This document shows, piece after piece, positions 40,746 to 52,075 of a stretch of DNA of 64,000 nucleotides. The notes under the pieces were generated by a model. It was not told where the DNA came from, searched no databases, and worked only from the letters and a program-made list of their open reading frames with translations. Location of the stretch: NCBI RefSeq assembly GCF_902713615.1, contig NC_052162.1, positions 62,859,913 through 62,923,912 of the forward strand. Direction: 5' to 3'. The DNA is from Scyliorhinus canicula. Its lineage: Eukaryota. The first letter of the stretch is position 1. Every line of letters begins with the position of its first letter. The position numbers and the translations under genes are program-made.

Positions 40746-41109
40746 ATTTTATAACAATAATTTTTATTAGTGTTCGGGTGATTCATGTTAATGAATAAGT
40801 GATTAGCCACAATATCAGGAGGAAGGACCAAAAAGACAGATCCCACTAATAGATGCAATGAGCTGGAGGAAATTGGTCCCATATAATTGTTTGAAAGATA
40901 GAGTAATTGCAACACCCAGTTATGTACCCTGTTTAGCTGTCTAGCACAGGGCTAAATCGCTGGCTTTGCAAGCAGGCCAGCAGCACGGTTCGTTTCCCGT
41001 AACTGACTTCCCGAACAGGCGCCGGAATGTGACAACTAGGGGATTTTCACAGTAACTTCGTTTGAAGCCTACTCGTGACAATAAGCGATTTTCATTTCAT
41101 TTCATGTTT

Positions 41110-42290
41110 TCAACAGTGCCCCTAAATCCGTTTCCCTACAAGAGACTGCCTCTACTCGCCCCCACGCCGACCCTCCCTTACTACCCACTTCCGAACCATA
41201 GCGATATTAGTTGCCCAATAATAATTTATTATATTTGACAAGGCCAGCCCCCCCGCCCCACTCTAACAGCACCTTCCCAACCTGTGGGGTTTTCCTTTCC
41301 CCTCCCCCACAAACCCCGAAAATGACTTTGGAACGAAGATCCGGAGATTCTGAAACACAAATAAGAGCCTGGGTAGCACTGTCATTTCACTGTCTGCACC
41401 CGACCTTCTTGTATCTGGGAAAACTATCCAAACTCCTCCAAGATACTCATGATTCCCCAATGGGTCCGAGATATACAGCAACAGGTCATCTGCATATGAC
41501 GAGACAACTGCGCTCAACACCCCCCCCCCCCCCCCCACACAATCCCTCTCCACCCCCCAAAGCTCAGCCCCATTGCCAGTGGCTCTATTGCAAAGGGCAA
41601 CGGGGAAGAATGGACACCTCTACCTTGTTCCACAGTGCAACCTGAAGTCTCTGCATCCATTGCTACTGCCCCTCTGGGAGCATCATTATTACATTCAGTA
41701 ATCTAACATTTTAGGACAATTGTATCCCCTTTGCAACCCTGTCTGATCTTCGCCTATCGCCCCGGTGCACAATCCTCAATATGCAAAGCCAAGATCTTCG
41801 CCAACAACGTAGCGACCGCATTTAATAACGATATCGGGCAGTAGGGCCCAAACTTTTCCCAATCCTTCTCTTTCTTCATTATGAGGGAAATGGACGCCTG
41901 CGATAGTGTAGAAGGGGAGCTCCCCCCTTTCACTAGCCTCATTATATGGCCTCATCAGCAGAGGCCTCGGGTCCCCACCGAACCTCCTCTTAAACTCCAC
42001 CGGGAACCCATCCGCACCCTCCGCTGCCTGCATTCCCCCCATACACTCCATCACTTCCACCAGCCCAATTAGAGCTCCTAGCCCCTCCCCCAGTTCCTCC
42101 TCCACCTTGGGGAAACTCCAACCCATCCAAGAACCGCCGCATCCGCTCCCACCAACCCCGGGCTCAGATTCATATAGCCTCTTATAAAACTGAAATATCC
42201 CATTCACCCCTACTGGGTCCAGTACCAATCTTCCCACCTTGCCCTTCACCCTTCCAACCGAACTGCCTTCACTGCTTCCTAAATTGGTGG
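41110..42290 (-). mobile_element. L1-like ORF2 RT fragment
   Basis: SYADDLLLYISDP, YCPISLLN, DGFPVEF. Confidence 0.75.
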
Positions 42291-42804
42291 ACCAGAATCC
42301 TACTCTCATTCTACCGTACTCTACACTGCCCCTCTGGATTTCCCATTCTTAAATCCATGCTGACTCTGTCCAATCAGGTTGTGATAGTCCAAGTGTCTAT
42401 TTATCACATCCTTTATAATAGATTGTAGCATTTTTCCCCACTAATGTAAGGCTAACAGGTTTGTAGATCCCTGTTTTTTCTCCCCTTTCTTCTTAAATAA
42501 TGGGGTGGCATTTGCTACATCCAATCTTCTGGAACCATTCCAGAATCTATAGAATTTTGGAATATAATCACCAATGCATCCACTATTTTTATAGCAACCT
42601 CTTTCAACACACTGGGATGCATAATATCTTTCCATCCCCATTTCTCCAATACAACCTTCTTACTGATATTAATGTCCTTCAACTCCACATTCTCCCTGGT
42701 CCCTTGGATCTCTATATCTTGGGGATTCTCTTCCTTAGTGAAAATAGGCACAAAGTAATCATTTAACTTTCTGACATTTCTCTATTCCCCATCATGAATT
42801 CTGA

Positions 42805-43180
42805 CCCAAAAGACGTCCTTGTTAGGTGAATTGGACATTCTAAATTCTCCCTCGGTGTACCCGAACAGACGCCGGAGTGTGGCGACTAAGGGGATTTTCA
42901 CAGTAACTTCATTACAATTTTATGTAAGCCTACTTGTGACACTGCAATGAAGTTACTCTGCAATGAAGTGACTGAAAAGTCCCTAGTCGCCACATTCCGG
43001 CACCTGTTCGGGTACACAGGGAGAATTCCAAATGTCCAAATTACTTAACAGCACGTCTTTCAGGATTTGTGGCAGGAAACCTGAGCACCAGGTGGAAACC
43101 CACACACACACTGGGAGAACCTGCAGACTTCATCCAGACAGTGACCTAAGTCAGGCATCCACCTGGGACCCGTGCTGCCC
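42805..43180. mobile_element. tail-to-tail SINE pair forming an inverted repeat
   Basis: 42812-42915 is the reverse complement of ~42960-43058. Confidence 0.7.
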
Positions 43181-43190
43181 ATATGAACGA

Positions 43191-43262
43191 TTCCCTGACC
43201 AGGAATCGAACCCAGGCGACGGCAGAGAAAGTGCCAAATCCTAACCACTAAACCACCAGGGA
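43191..43262 (-). pseudogene. tRNA-Glu(TTC) pseudogene or decayed copy
   Basis: Minus strand TCCCTGGTGGTTTAGTGGTTAGGATTTGGCACTTTCTCTGCCGTCGCCTGGGTTCGATTCCTGGTCAGGGAA; 72 nt; CpG-type decay, pyrimidine at position 37, no oligo-T terminator. Confidence 0.8.
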
Positions 43263-43334
43263 ATAAGGTTGTTATTATTAATGGACCCACATCTGCCTTA
43301 GACAAACACTTCCTTTTCATAAAATAAAAGATCA

Positions 43335-43525
43335 CTGCTGATGCTGGAATCTGAAACCAAAGAGAAAATGCCAGAAAATCTCAGCAAGTCTGGCAGCATC
43401 TGTAGGGAGAGAAAAGCGCCGACTTTTGAGTCCAAGGTCATCTGGACTTGAAACGTTTGGTCTTTTCTCTCCCTACAGATGCTGCCATGCCTGCTGAGAT
43501 TTTACAGCATTTTCTCTTTGATTTC
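43335..43525. mobile_element. palindromic Penelope-derived/MITE-like element
   Basis: Arms CAAAGAGAAAATGC...GGCAGCATCTGTAGGGAGAGAAAAG / CTTTTCTCTCCCTACAGATGCTGCC...GCATTTTCTCTTTG; relatives near 18880 and 33700. Confidence 0.7.
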
Positions 43526-44088
43526 CATTTCATATATCTTTAGAAACATTTGCAGACCGTTTTAATATTTTCTTTGCTAGATTGTGTTCACATTCTGCTC
43601 TCCCTTTATCAGTTTCTGGGCCTCGCTTTGCCGAATTTTAAACCTCCCAATCTTCAGGTTAACTACTATTTCTGGCTATATCTTTAATTTCATATAATCC
43701 CTAACTTCCTTTGTTCGTCACGGTTGAACGGTTTGTTTTGCACCCTGGAAGAATGTGTAGTTGCTGTACGCTGTGTAATAGTTCTTTGAAGGCTATCATT
43801 GCCAGTGCAGTTATACCTTCTAATGTATTTTCCCAATCCATGACCATCTCTGGTTCCCTTCTCATTTAATCTCATGTTTTCCACCAGATCACAGATTATT
43901 TGAATTCTTTCTTCCCCTTCTGCCTTTGCCTATATTTTCTTTACATCCCAACTTTTACCAGTTCTGACAAAAGGTCATCAGCCTCAAAGGTGTCCTGAAA
44001 CTGGCCAACATGACGATTATATTTTGCTTTATCATTGTATTTGCCCCTCCAGCAGCCGGGCATGCGCAGACTACCTCCAACCTGGCAT

Positions 44089-44192
44089 AGTGATTGACAT
44101 ACGCGGAGCGAGGCATTGTGGGGCGAGGCAGTAGTTGACATGCGCGGAGCGAGGCATTGTGGGGCTTGACAGTAATTGACATGCGCGGAGCG
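44089..44192 (+). repeat. 41-bp tandem repeat (2.5 copies) in the DKC1 promoter
   Basis: Units at 44089, 44130 and 44171: AGTNRTTGACATRCGCGGAGCGAGGCATTGTGGGGC. Confidence 0.9.
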
Positions 44193-44230
44193 GAGCTGCG
44201 GTTCGTTCATTTGGCGAGGGGAGCGAGAAG

Positions 44231-44246
44231 ATGGCGGATGGTGACG
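44231..44246 (+). CDS. DKC1: DKC1 exon 1
   Basis: ATGGCGGATGGTGACG|gtaagg; 16 nt as in human. Confidence 0.9.
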
Positions 44247-45214
44247 GTAAGGGCCGAGGGGAGCCCGGAGCCGTAGAGCAAGAAGGAAGAGAGGAGCGGG
44301 GAGGCAGTAGCGTAAGAAGGAAGAGAGGGATGGGGGAGAAGCCCGGGCAGCGCGAGTGTAGCGTTCGCAGCCTGGGACTTGTAGGGAGGAGTTGAGAGCG
44401 GACGGCGGGAGATTGTGGGCCTCAGCAGCTTTCCACGCGGTCTGTGTCCGCAGCCCGCACCGCTCTCTGCCTCCGGATGCAGGCGGCCCCCTGGTTGTCA
44501 GCATCTCCCGGCTTTGGATGGCGCTGGAGACCGGGGCCCGAACCTGAGCACGTGGCCGGACCGCATGGCGGCGGTGCTCGGAGCGCCCGGGCCTGGCTGC
44601 TCAATTTGCTGTCACGTGTTTGCAACTGCAAACTTATTAAAAAACTTACCGAGTTGCCGCTATGTTTTGCATTCCCGCATTTGCAGTGGTGCAGGAATTA
44701 GTAACGTACGATTTCGGACTACAACATAATATCGTCACTTGTAAAGGAAAAAATTAAACCGTATTTCCTGCATCACGTTGTCTACGTGTTTGTATTACGG
44801 GTTTAGGAACGTTACCTTCTAAATATACGTAACTTGATAACCGGACATTGAGAGTTGATTTCGTTTCATTTAAATCCAGGCTAGTAATCAAATGTGTACT
44901 GCTAACCAACAGCCTTTATTTGGCTGGCTTTAGTTAAGTTCTCATCTGCCACAATATACGAAATAATGTGGCCACGATTGGTAACTTTCTTCATGTTGGA
45001 TTGCCTCAGTAAGTTAAGTAAGAATTTTTTCGGTTCTGCATTGTGAGGAACAGATTATTAAATTCCAGAAATGCAGCGATTTCACTTTTAAAAGCTTAAA
45101 GGAGTTCAGTGTATTGCTTGGTATCAGCTAAAAGTTTCAGTTCACTAAGCTGCATGCATTTGATAGTTATACTATGTTGAAATGTTCCAAAAGTCTGGTG
45201 CGTTCAATAATTTT

Positions 45215-45603
45215 TTAAAAGGAGTTTTAGAGTACCAAATTTTTTTTCCAATTGAGGGGCAATTTAGCGTGGCCAGTCTACTTACCCCCCAGCTCTTATA
45301 ACGGGGCTGGTTTAGCACAGTGGGCTAAACAGCTGGCTTGTAATGCAGGACCAGGTTCAATTCCCGTACCTGGCTCCTCGAGCCGGCGCCGGAATGTGGC
45401 AACTAGGGCCTTTTCACAGCAACTTCATTGAAGCCTACTTGTGACAATAAGCGATTATTAGACCCTGCCTGTCTGGGGGTGAGACCCATGCAGACATGAG
45501 GAGAACATGCAAACTCCACACGGATAGTGACCCATGGCTGGGATCGAACCCGGGTCCTCAGTGTTGTGAGGCAGCAGTGCTAATCACTGCCACCATACCG
45601 CCC
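45215..45603 (-). mobile_element. V-SINE interrupted by a short SINE (45303-45460, +)
   Basis: Two halves of the V-SINE flank a complete short SINE. Confidence 0.75.
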
Positions 45604-45674
45604 TCTGTGCACCCAGTAATGTATAAAGCCCTTGAAGCGTAGAAATTCTAATAGACTTTGTTTGCCTTTTGCAG

Positions 45675-45727
45675 CATCTGCTAAGAAACAAAAGAAGCAA
45701 AGGAAGAAAAGTGGGGAAGATATTGGG
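45675..45727 (+). CDS. DKC1: DKC1 exon 2 (N-terminal NLS)
   Basis: ASAKKQKKQRKKSGEDIG|gtaggt; phase-consistent. Confidence 0.88.
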
Positions 45728-45959
45728 GTAGGTATTCAACTCCTTTCTGATATCTTCTGAGAACCGTGTGCGCAGTTTAATAGTTTTAAAATGTCCACCG
45801 TCTTGCTTTGCTGTGCCAATATACAACTGCATACAGGGGAAAGAACTATCGTAGAATCTGAACCGCGCAGAAGACCATGGTTCACCAACCGAGTGAAGCG
45901 TTCCCATGCGGCAAACCACCAGCTCTGAATATTGCTGGCTGCACGGTTGCCAGCTGTCA

Positions 45960-47695
45960 CTGCTGCTGCTTACCATGGCAGTCGAGCAATTGACTATCAC
46001 CCTCAGAGCAGCAAAGGGGTGAAGAGGTATCCAAAGGGGAGACAGAGCATAGAGTCTCAGTCGATGCAGATGACCTGCTCCTCTACATCTCCAGCCCCCT
46101 GGCCAGCATGGAAGGAATAATAAAACTCCGGCCCTTCTCAAGTTATGAAATTAAGGTGAGATGGAACAAAATCTTCCCTGTGAACCTGCACAAGTGGGAG
46201 GAGCAGGGGTGGGGGGACTACCATGCAAACTGGCCCAGTCCAAAGTCCGCTACCTGGTGATTCAAATAGCCCATGACCGGACACGATCCACTCGGACCTG
46301 GGGGTGGATGTTAAAAAGGGTGTGCAGAGGTGGAGCTTGCTGCCACTCACCCTTGCAGGGAGAGTGCCGATGATCAAGATGAATATGGTGCCCAGGTGTG
46401 TCTTCCTGTTCAGGTCCCTCCCGATCTACATTCCCATGGCCTTTTTCTTCAACATAGTAGATAAGCTGATTGTGGCATTTCATTGGTTGCGGGGGGGGGG
46501 GGGGGGGAAGATTAGGAAGATGGTCCTACAAAGGGGAAGACATATGGAAGGCCGGGCCCTCCCAAGCCTCCAGTTGTATCACGAGACAGCCAATGCCGCA
46601 AAAGTACAGGAATGAGTCAAGGAACAGAGTGGTGAGGGTGGAGGAGAGTTCCTGTGCAGGGGCGACCCTCTGAGGGCTAGCTGCAACCGCACTTCCATCC
46701 CCTGGCCAGAGGCACAGAAAGTCCAGTGGTAGTAACCACGCTCCATACGTGGAATCAAATTAAACAACACTTCGGACTAACCGGAATGCCCACTGCGGCT
46801 CCCATCTGCAATAATCAAGATTCACTACCGTGGTAATGGACGCCTCCTTGGAGGAATGCGTGGAGAAGAACTGGCTCCTGAGAGGGAACTACCTGAGATA
46901 CATACAGGATATAAACCACCTCCGCCAGGAAACACGACGTGCCACCAGATTTCGGGAGAGTCATTGCTAGAAAGACTACTGAACGTAGGGGAGGGGAACT
47001 GTGCGGACAACTGTTAGAAGTGATACGCTCACTCTGCGTGAGACAAGAAATAGTAGGAAGAAGAACTATATGGGGGGGGGGGGGGGTGTTCTGGATAGAA
47101 GCACTGCACAGGGCAAACGTCACCTCCACATGCGCAGGGCGTTGCACAGGGTGCACCTAAACAGGCTCTTCCCAGAGGTGGAGAATAAATGTGAGCGGTG
47201 CCAGGGAGGCCCAGCCAACCACACTCCTGTTCTGGTCTTGTCGTGTACTGGAGGTCCTTCTTTGAGGCCATGGCCAGGGTTGTGGCAGAGTGTGTGGAGC
47301 TGTGCTCACTCGTGGTGTTCGGGGCATCTTCATGGGGAGGGGGGCTGATGCCCTAACCATTGCCTGTCTGATCGGCCGCAGGAGATTACTGCTAGGCTGG
47401 CAATCGGCAGCACAACCCAAGGCTGCAGACTGGCTGTCCGGGTTTCTCAGGCTTGAGAAGATAAAGTTTGCCATCTGTGGGTCGGAAGAAGGCTTTCACA
47501 GGCTGGCTTCAAGACAAGTTCATAGCAAATAAAGTGAGGGGGAGCAATGGGACAAGTCGCGGAATAAGATTGGGGAAGAACCTGGAATGGGCAGAGAGAA
47601 CATAACTGCCTGAACCACAATATCTAAATAATTGTAAATGCGTGCTTTAGCCATGTAAAGTTTGCAATGAAATATGAAAAAACAAATAAATATAA
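45960..47695 (+). mobile_element. L1-like ORF2 3' fragment
   Basis: WSLLPLTLAGRVPMIKMNMVPRCVFLF; AATAAA tail near 47686. Confidence 0.8.
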
Positions 47696-47852
47696 TCAAT
47701 GCGTTTTGCTCATTGCAGCTTGCAAAACTTTGTCAGAACTGAGGAGAGATAGAAATGGCCCAGATGAAAGGGGGAGGAAGATTTATGATGAGCTAGAGGG
47801 CAGGCAAGATTATGAATAACAAACGTTTCTTTCATGGTATCAAAGCCAAATA

Positions 47853-49685
47853 CAGTAGTCCCCCTTTATAACGTGGGTGTTGGGGTCCAAGACAGCCAAG
47901 ACAGTTGTATCCGAGCCGCGGATATCCATGATGGGGGTTTTAAATTTATTTAAAAATCTATGCTAGCGCTTCCCATTGAGAGTCTACGGGGGGGCGGGGG
48001 GAGAGGTCTGACCCCCGTAGACACACAATGGGAAGCGCTAGCATAGATTTTTAAATAAATTTAAAACCCCCATTGTGGATCCAATTAAAATTTCAGCGGC
48101 CGGCTCACTTTGATCCGGAGAAGAAAGCTGCTCTCACTGAAATCAGCCGGCCGCTGAAATTGACACTGCCCGCTGCTCTCTCCCTCCAATCCAACTTTTA
48201 AGTTTAATGTTTCTGATTGGAGGGAGAGAGCAGCTGGCAGTGTAAATTTCTTTTTTTTTCCTCCGGCTTGCCCCCTCTCCCCCCACACCCTCCGACCTCT
48301 CCCCCCACACCCTCCGACTCGCCCCCTCTTCTCCACACCTCCTGCCCCCCCCCCCCCAACACCCTCCGACTCGCCCCCTCTCCCCCCAACACCCTCCCGA
48401 CTCCGCCCCCTCTTCTCCCCACACCCTCCCTCGGCTCGCCCCTCTCCCCCCCCAACACCCTCCGGCTCGCCCCCTCTCCCCCACAACCCTCCGGCTCGCC
48501 CCCTCTCCCCCACACCCTCCGGCTGCCCCTCTCCCCACACCCTCCGGCTCGCCCCCTCTCCCCCCACACCCGCCGGCTCGCCCCCACACCCTCCGGCTCG
48601 CCCCCTCTCCCCCCACACCCTCCGGCTCGCCCCCACACCCTCCGGCTCGCCCCCTCCCCACACCCTCCGGCTCTCCCCCTCTCCCCCCACATCCTCCAAC
48701 TAGACCCCTCTCTTTCCCCCCCCCCCCACCCCCCCCCCCCCCCCCACACCCTCCGGCTCGCCCCCTCTCCCTCCCCACACCCTCTGGCTCGCCCCCTCCC
48801 CACACCCTCCGGCTCGCCCCCTCTCCCCCCACATCCTCCAACTAGACCCCTCTCCCCCCACATCCTCCAACTAGACCCCTCTCCCCCACACCCTCCGGCT
48901 CGCCCCCTCTCCCCCCCACACCCTCCAGCTCGCCCCCTCTCCCCCACATCCTCCAACTAGACCCCTCTTCCCCCCCACACCCTCCGGCTCGCTCCCTCTC
49001 TCCCACACCCTCCTGCTCTCCCCCACAGCGTCCAGCTCGCCCCCTGTCCCCCCACACCCTCCAGCTCGCCCCCTCCCCACACCCTCCGGCTCGCCCTTCT
49101 CCTCCCCCGTCCACCAACACCCGCAGGGGCCCCCTCTCTCCCCCAACACCCGCAGGGCCCTCCTCTCTCCCCCAACACCCGCAGGTCCACCCTTTCTCCC
49201 CCACACCCCCAGGGGGGGGTCTCCCCAACACCCGCCCCCTCCTCTTCCCCCCCCCCCCCCCAACACCCGTTCCCCCCCCCCCAACACCCGTTCCCCCCCC
49301 CCCAACACCCGCCCCCCCCTCTTCTCACCCCCCCCCCCCCCCCCCCATCTCTCCTCGGCAGTGTCAATTTCAGCGGCCGGCTGATTGTTTCAGTGAGAAA
49401 GCAGCTTCCCTCTCCGGATCAAAGTGAGCCGGCCGCTGAAATTGACACTGCCCGCTGCTCTCTCCCTCCAATCCAAAGTTTTAATGTTTCTGATTGGAGG
49501 GAGAGAGCAGCCGGCAGTGTCAATTTCAGCGGCCGGCTCACTTTGATCCAGAGAGGGAAGCTGCTCTCACTGAAGCAATCAGCCGGCCGCTGAAATTGAC
49601 ACAACTGACAGTTGGGGTCCATAAGCCCCCCCGCGGTATATCGCGAACCGCGGTATTGCGGACGCGGTATAACGGGGGACTACTG
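47853..49685. mobile_element. Tigger/pogo-like non-autonomous DNA transposon with internal palindromes and a minisatellite
   Basis: TA|CAGTAGTCCCCC...GGGGGACTACTG|TA: TIRs plus TA TSD; TIR resembles MER44/Tigger7 as recalled. Confidence 0.85.
48260..49350. repeat. C-rich minisatellite (~25-30 bp unit CCCCACACCCTCCGGCTCGCCCCCTCT)
   Basis: Dozens of imperfect tandem units. Confidence 0.9.
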
Positions 49686-49975
49686 TAGATGGATATAGTA
49701 AACAATGTACCCAGATGAGGTATGGGTGGCTACATAACAACCGCCTGAACGCAACATGCAGGATTGCCAAGTCAAATGATGAGGCCTTGACCTGAACCGA
49801 TTTCCAGGATTTTCTGCTTTATATCGGTGAACTGGGGCCTTTCTGGCATTAGGACTTAATGAAGAAAGTTGCTGTCCTCTGAGGCAGTCAGGTTTTTGAG
49901 CATAAATCTAGTATACTGTGTTTATATATAATGTGCAAATAGATCTTAGGTCTGTGTTGTTTTTTATACTTCCAG

Positions 49976-50062
49976 AGCATCCAGCAGTTGACAAACTTTC
50001 TAATTGAACCAGAGACAAAGCCAGCAAAATTAGACACTTCGCATTGGCCTTTGTTGCTGAAG
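49976..50062 (+). CDS. DKC1: DKC1 exon 3
   Basis: SIQQLTNFLIEPETKPAKLDTSHWPLLLK; 87 nt. Confidence 0.95.
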
Positions 50063-50514
50063 GTACTCATTCAAATGTACAGTTCTATAAATGTCAAGTT
50101 GCAAATTGTGGAATTAAACTTGCCTCTGTTTCTACTCAGTTTACTTGTGTGTCCTGCTTTGAGAAAATGCTGATGTTGCCTCACCTCTGATGTGAAAGTT
50201 CATTGGGCTTAAGCTCACTTCAGCCAAGCATGTAATCTAGCCTTGCATTTGATGATGTACTGAAGAAATGTTGTGCCAGATGTTTATATAGTTAAACCGA
50301 GTCTTCCTGCTCAAATGTCCCACAACACTGCTTGAAGTACTAGTTCTGCTGGTTATCAAGATTGGCATTGAGAGTTCTTCAGTAATGCCACTGAAAGATC
50401 AGATCAAGTCTCATTGCTGCTTGCAGGACCTTATTCTGTGTTATTAGCTGCAGTGTTCATCAGCAAAATGAAGCCCAAGGACATGACTGATGCTATGTAT
50501 ATGTTCTTTTACAG

Positions 50515-50606
50515 AATTTTGACAAACTCAACGTACGAACAACACATTACACACCTATTCCTAGTGGTTGCTCACCTCTCAAGAGGGAAATTGCTGACTA
50601 TGTAAG
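50515..50606 (+). CDS. DKC1: DKC1 exon 4
   Basis: [30 protein letters not shown]; 92 nt. Confidence 0.96.
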
Positions 50607-50708
50607 GTACGTTTACAATACAAGGCGAAACATTGTTAAGTCATAGCTGTCCTATCTGTTCATGCAATACTGCAATCGATGGTGGGGACAGGAAACGTTA
50701 AATTATTA

Positions 50709-50912
50709 CAGGTTGAACATCCCTTGTCCGAAAACCAAAAAATTCCCAAATTCTCACTTTCCTTTTAGCACCGATGTGCTGTCACGAGTGGAAAATCCCT
50801 TGAGGCTCCCAGGTGATGCGCAGTTCCCAGCGCGTGCCGCACATACTTCGTATGCTCCAAAATCTGATGCACGCTCGGCCCCAAGCATTTCGGATACGGG
50901 CTTTTCAGCCTG
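50709..50912. mobile_element. Tigger4/Zombi-like MITE
   Basis: TA|CAGGTTGAACATCCCTTGTCCGAAA...TTTCGGATACGGGCTTTTCAGCCTG|TA. Confidence 0.75.
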
Positions 50913-50978
50913 TACCAGGAATTGGGAGCACAGGAATGGAAAATAATTGTATATTGATTCAGGACTATGTTTTGGCAG

Positions 50979-51163
50979 GTCAGGATTCATTAACCTTGAT
51001 AAGCCTGCAAACCCATCATCGCACGAAGTGGTGGCATGGATACGCAGGATTCTACGGGTGGAAAAGACTGGTCACAGTGGAACACTAGATCCTAAAGTAA
51101 CAGGATGCCTAATTGTTTGTGTAGAGCGAGCAACACGACTGGTCAAATCCCAGCAGAGTGCTG
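50979..51163 (+). CDS. DKC1: DKC1 exon 5 (catalytic Asp)
   Basis: [17 protein letters not shown]...[12 protein letters not shown]; 185 nt. Confidence 0.98.
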
Positions 51164-51514
51164 GTAAGTGGTTTCCTTCGTTAGCTCAATTTGTTGGCAG
51201 CGTGTTCCAGCTACATTTTTGTGAAATTCCATTATGTGCTGCATTAACTTTGATCTGTGTGTAGGATTACTAATTTTTTCATTTGCACCAATTCGAAATG
51301 CAGTAAACTACTTGGGCTTGGCGTAACTAGTATTTCAGTGACTTGTAGATATTTGTAACTAAATGTCATTAGTAACCCATCAGTACGGTGATGTCCTAGC
51401 ATGTCGAGCTGATCTTGTAAGCAAGAGTTTCCACTTGAGGCTAGTTAATCTCACGTTCTGTGATACAGTAACTGACGTGGCCTCTCCTGACGACTCTTGT
51501 GCTATTAATTGTAG

Positions 51515-51579
51515 GCAAAGAGTACGTGGGAATTGTTCGGCTGCACAATGCTATTGAAAGTGAACTTCAGCTTAGCCGG
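51515..51579 (+). CDS. DKC1: DKC1 exon 6
   Basis: GKEYVGIVRLHNAIESELQLSR; 65 nt. Confidence 0.96.
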
Positions 51580-51835
51580 GTAAGTAAGTCTGTTTTGTTT
51601 TGTCTTGGGTTCATTCCCAGTTAGAAATCTCCCAGATGCTTTGTCAAAGATTCTGCAGGACTCTGGAATCAAATGTCTGGGAGTTTGCCGTTCATTGATT
51701 CATCTAGGATGCAAAGCATAATCAGAGTGAGGTGTCCAAATTATTTAGTTTGTGTTGTCTTTATGCTAATCCAGAAGTTGCGCAATTAAAGATCTTGTCT
51801 CCTTGCTATATCCATAAGTGGTTAATACTGTGTGC

Positions 51836-52075
51836 GTGAAATGATGAATAAGTTTATCCATTCGCCGAGTGCCGCTAGCCACTTCTTCCACAGCACGCTG
51901 AGTCTTATTTTAGGCTCTGGGTGAATTACATTCATCTTGTACCATATGACTTACTGGCGTTCTGCTGAGAAGTTGTTGGTCCCTGATTGGGTGTATGTGG
52001 ATATGAGATGGTTTGGCAGAGTTGGGACCTTTCTGGGATCCAACTCTACGAAGATGAATGATGCAGTCTGATCAC
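51836..52075 (+). ncRNA. SNORD17: C/D box snoRNA SNORD17 (HBI-43), DKC1 intron 6
   Basis: 9-bp terminal stem TGTGCGTGA/TCACGCACA, C box ATGATGA at 51841, D box CTGA at 52068, guide GTTTATCCATTCG antisense to 28S; ~240 nt; ends match human SNORD17 as recalled. Confidence 0.9.

Larger units (their letters stand above)
44050..44620 (+). promoter_or_regulatory. DKC1: DKC1 CpG-island promoter
   Basis: NRF1-like GGGCATGCGCA at 44058-44068, YY1 AAGATGGCG over the ATG, E-boxes CACGTG at 44549 and 44613. Confidence 0.8.

Noticed and set aside
43941-44504. 187-aa antisense ORF over the DKC1 promoter
   Set aside because: CpG-island and repeat artifact; no homology recognised
48085-49367. Long Gly/Arg/Pro-rich ORFs in several frames
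   Set aside because: Products of the stop-poor C-rich minisatellite; no gene signals
51380-51480. C/D-like motifs in DKC1 intron 5 (GTGATGT..CTGA..CTGA; TAGCATGTCG partly antisense to 18S)
   Set aside because: No proper terminal stem or k-turn, short complementarity, and no H box for the alternative model
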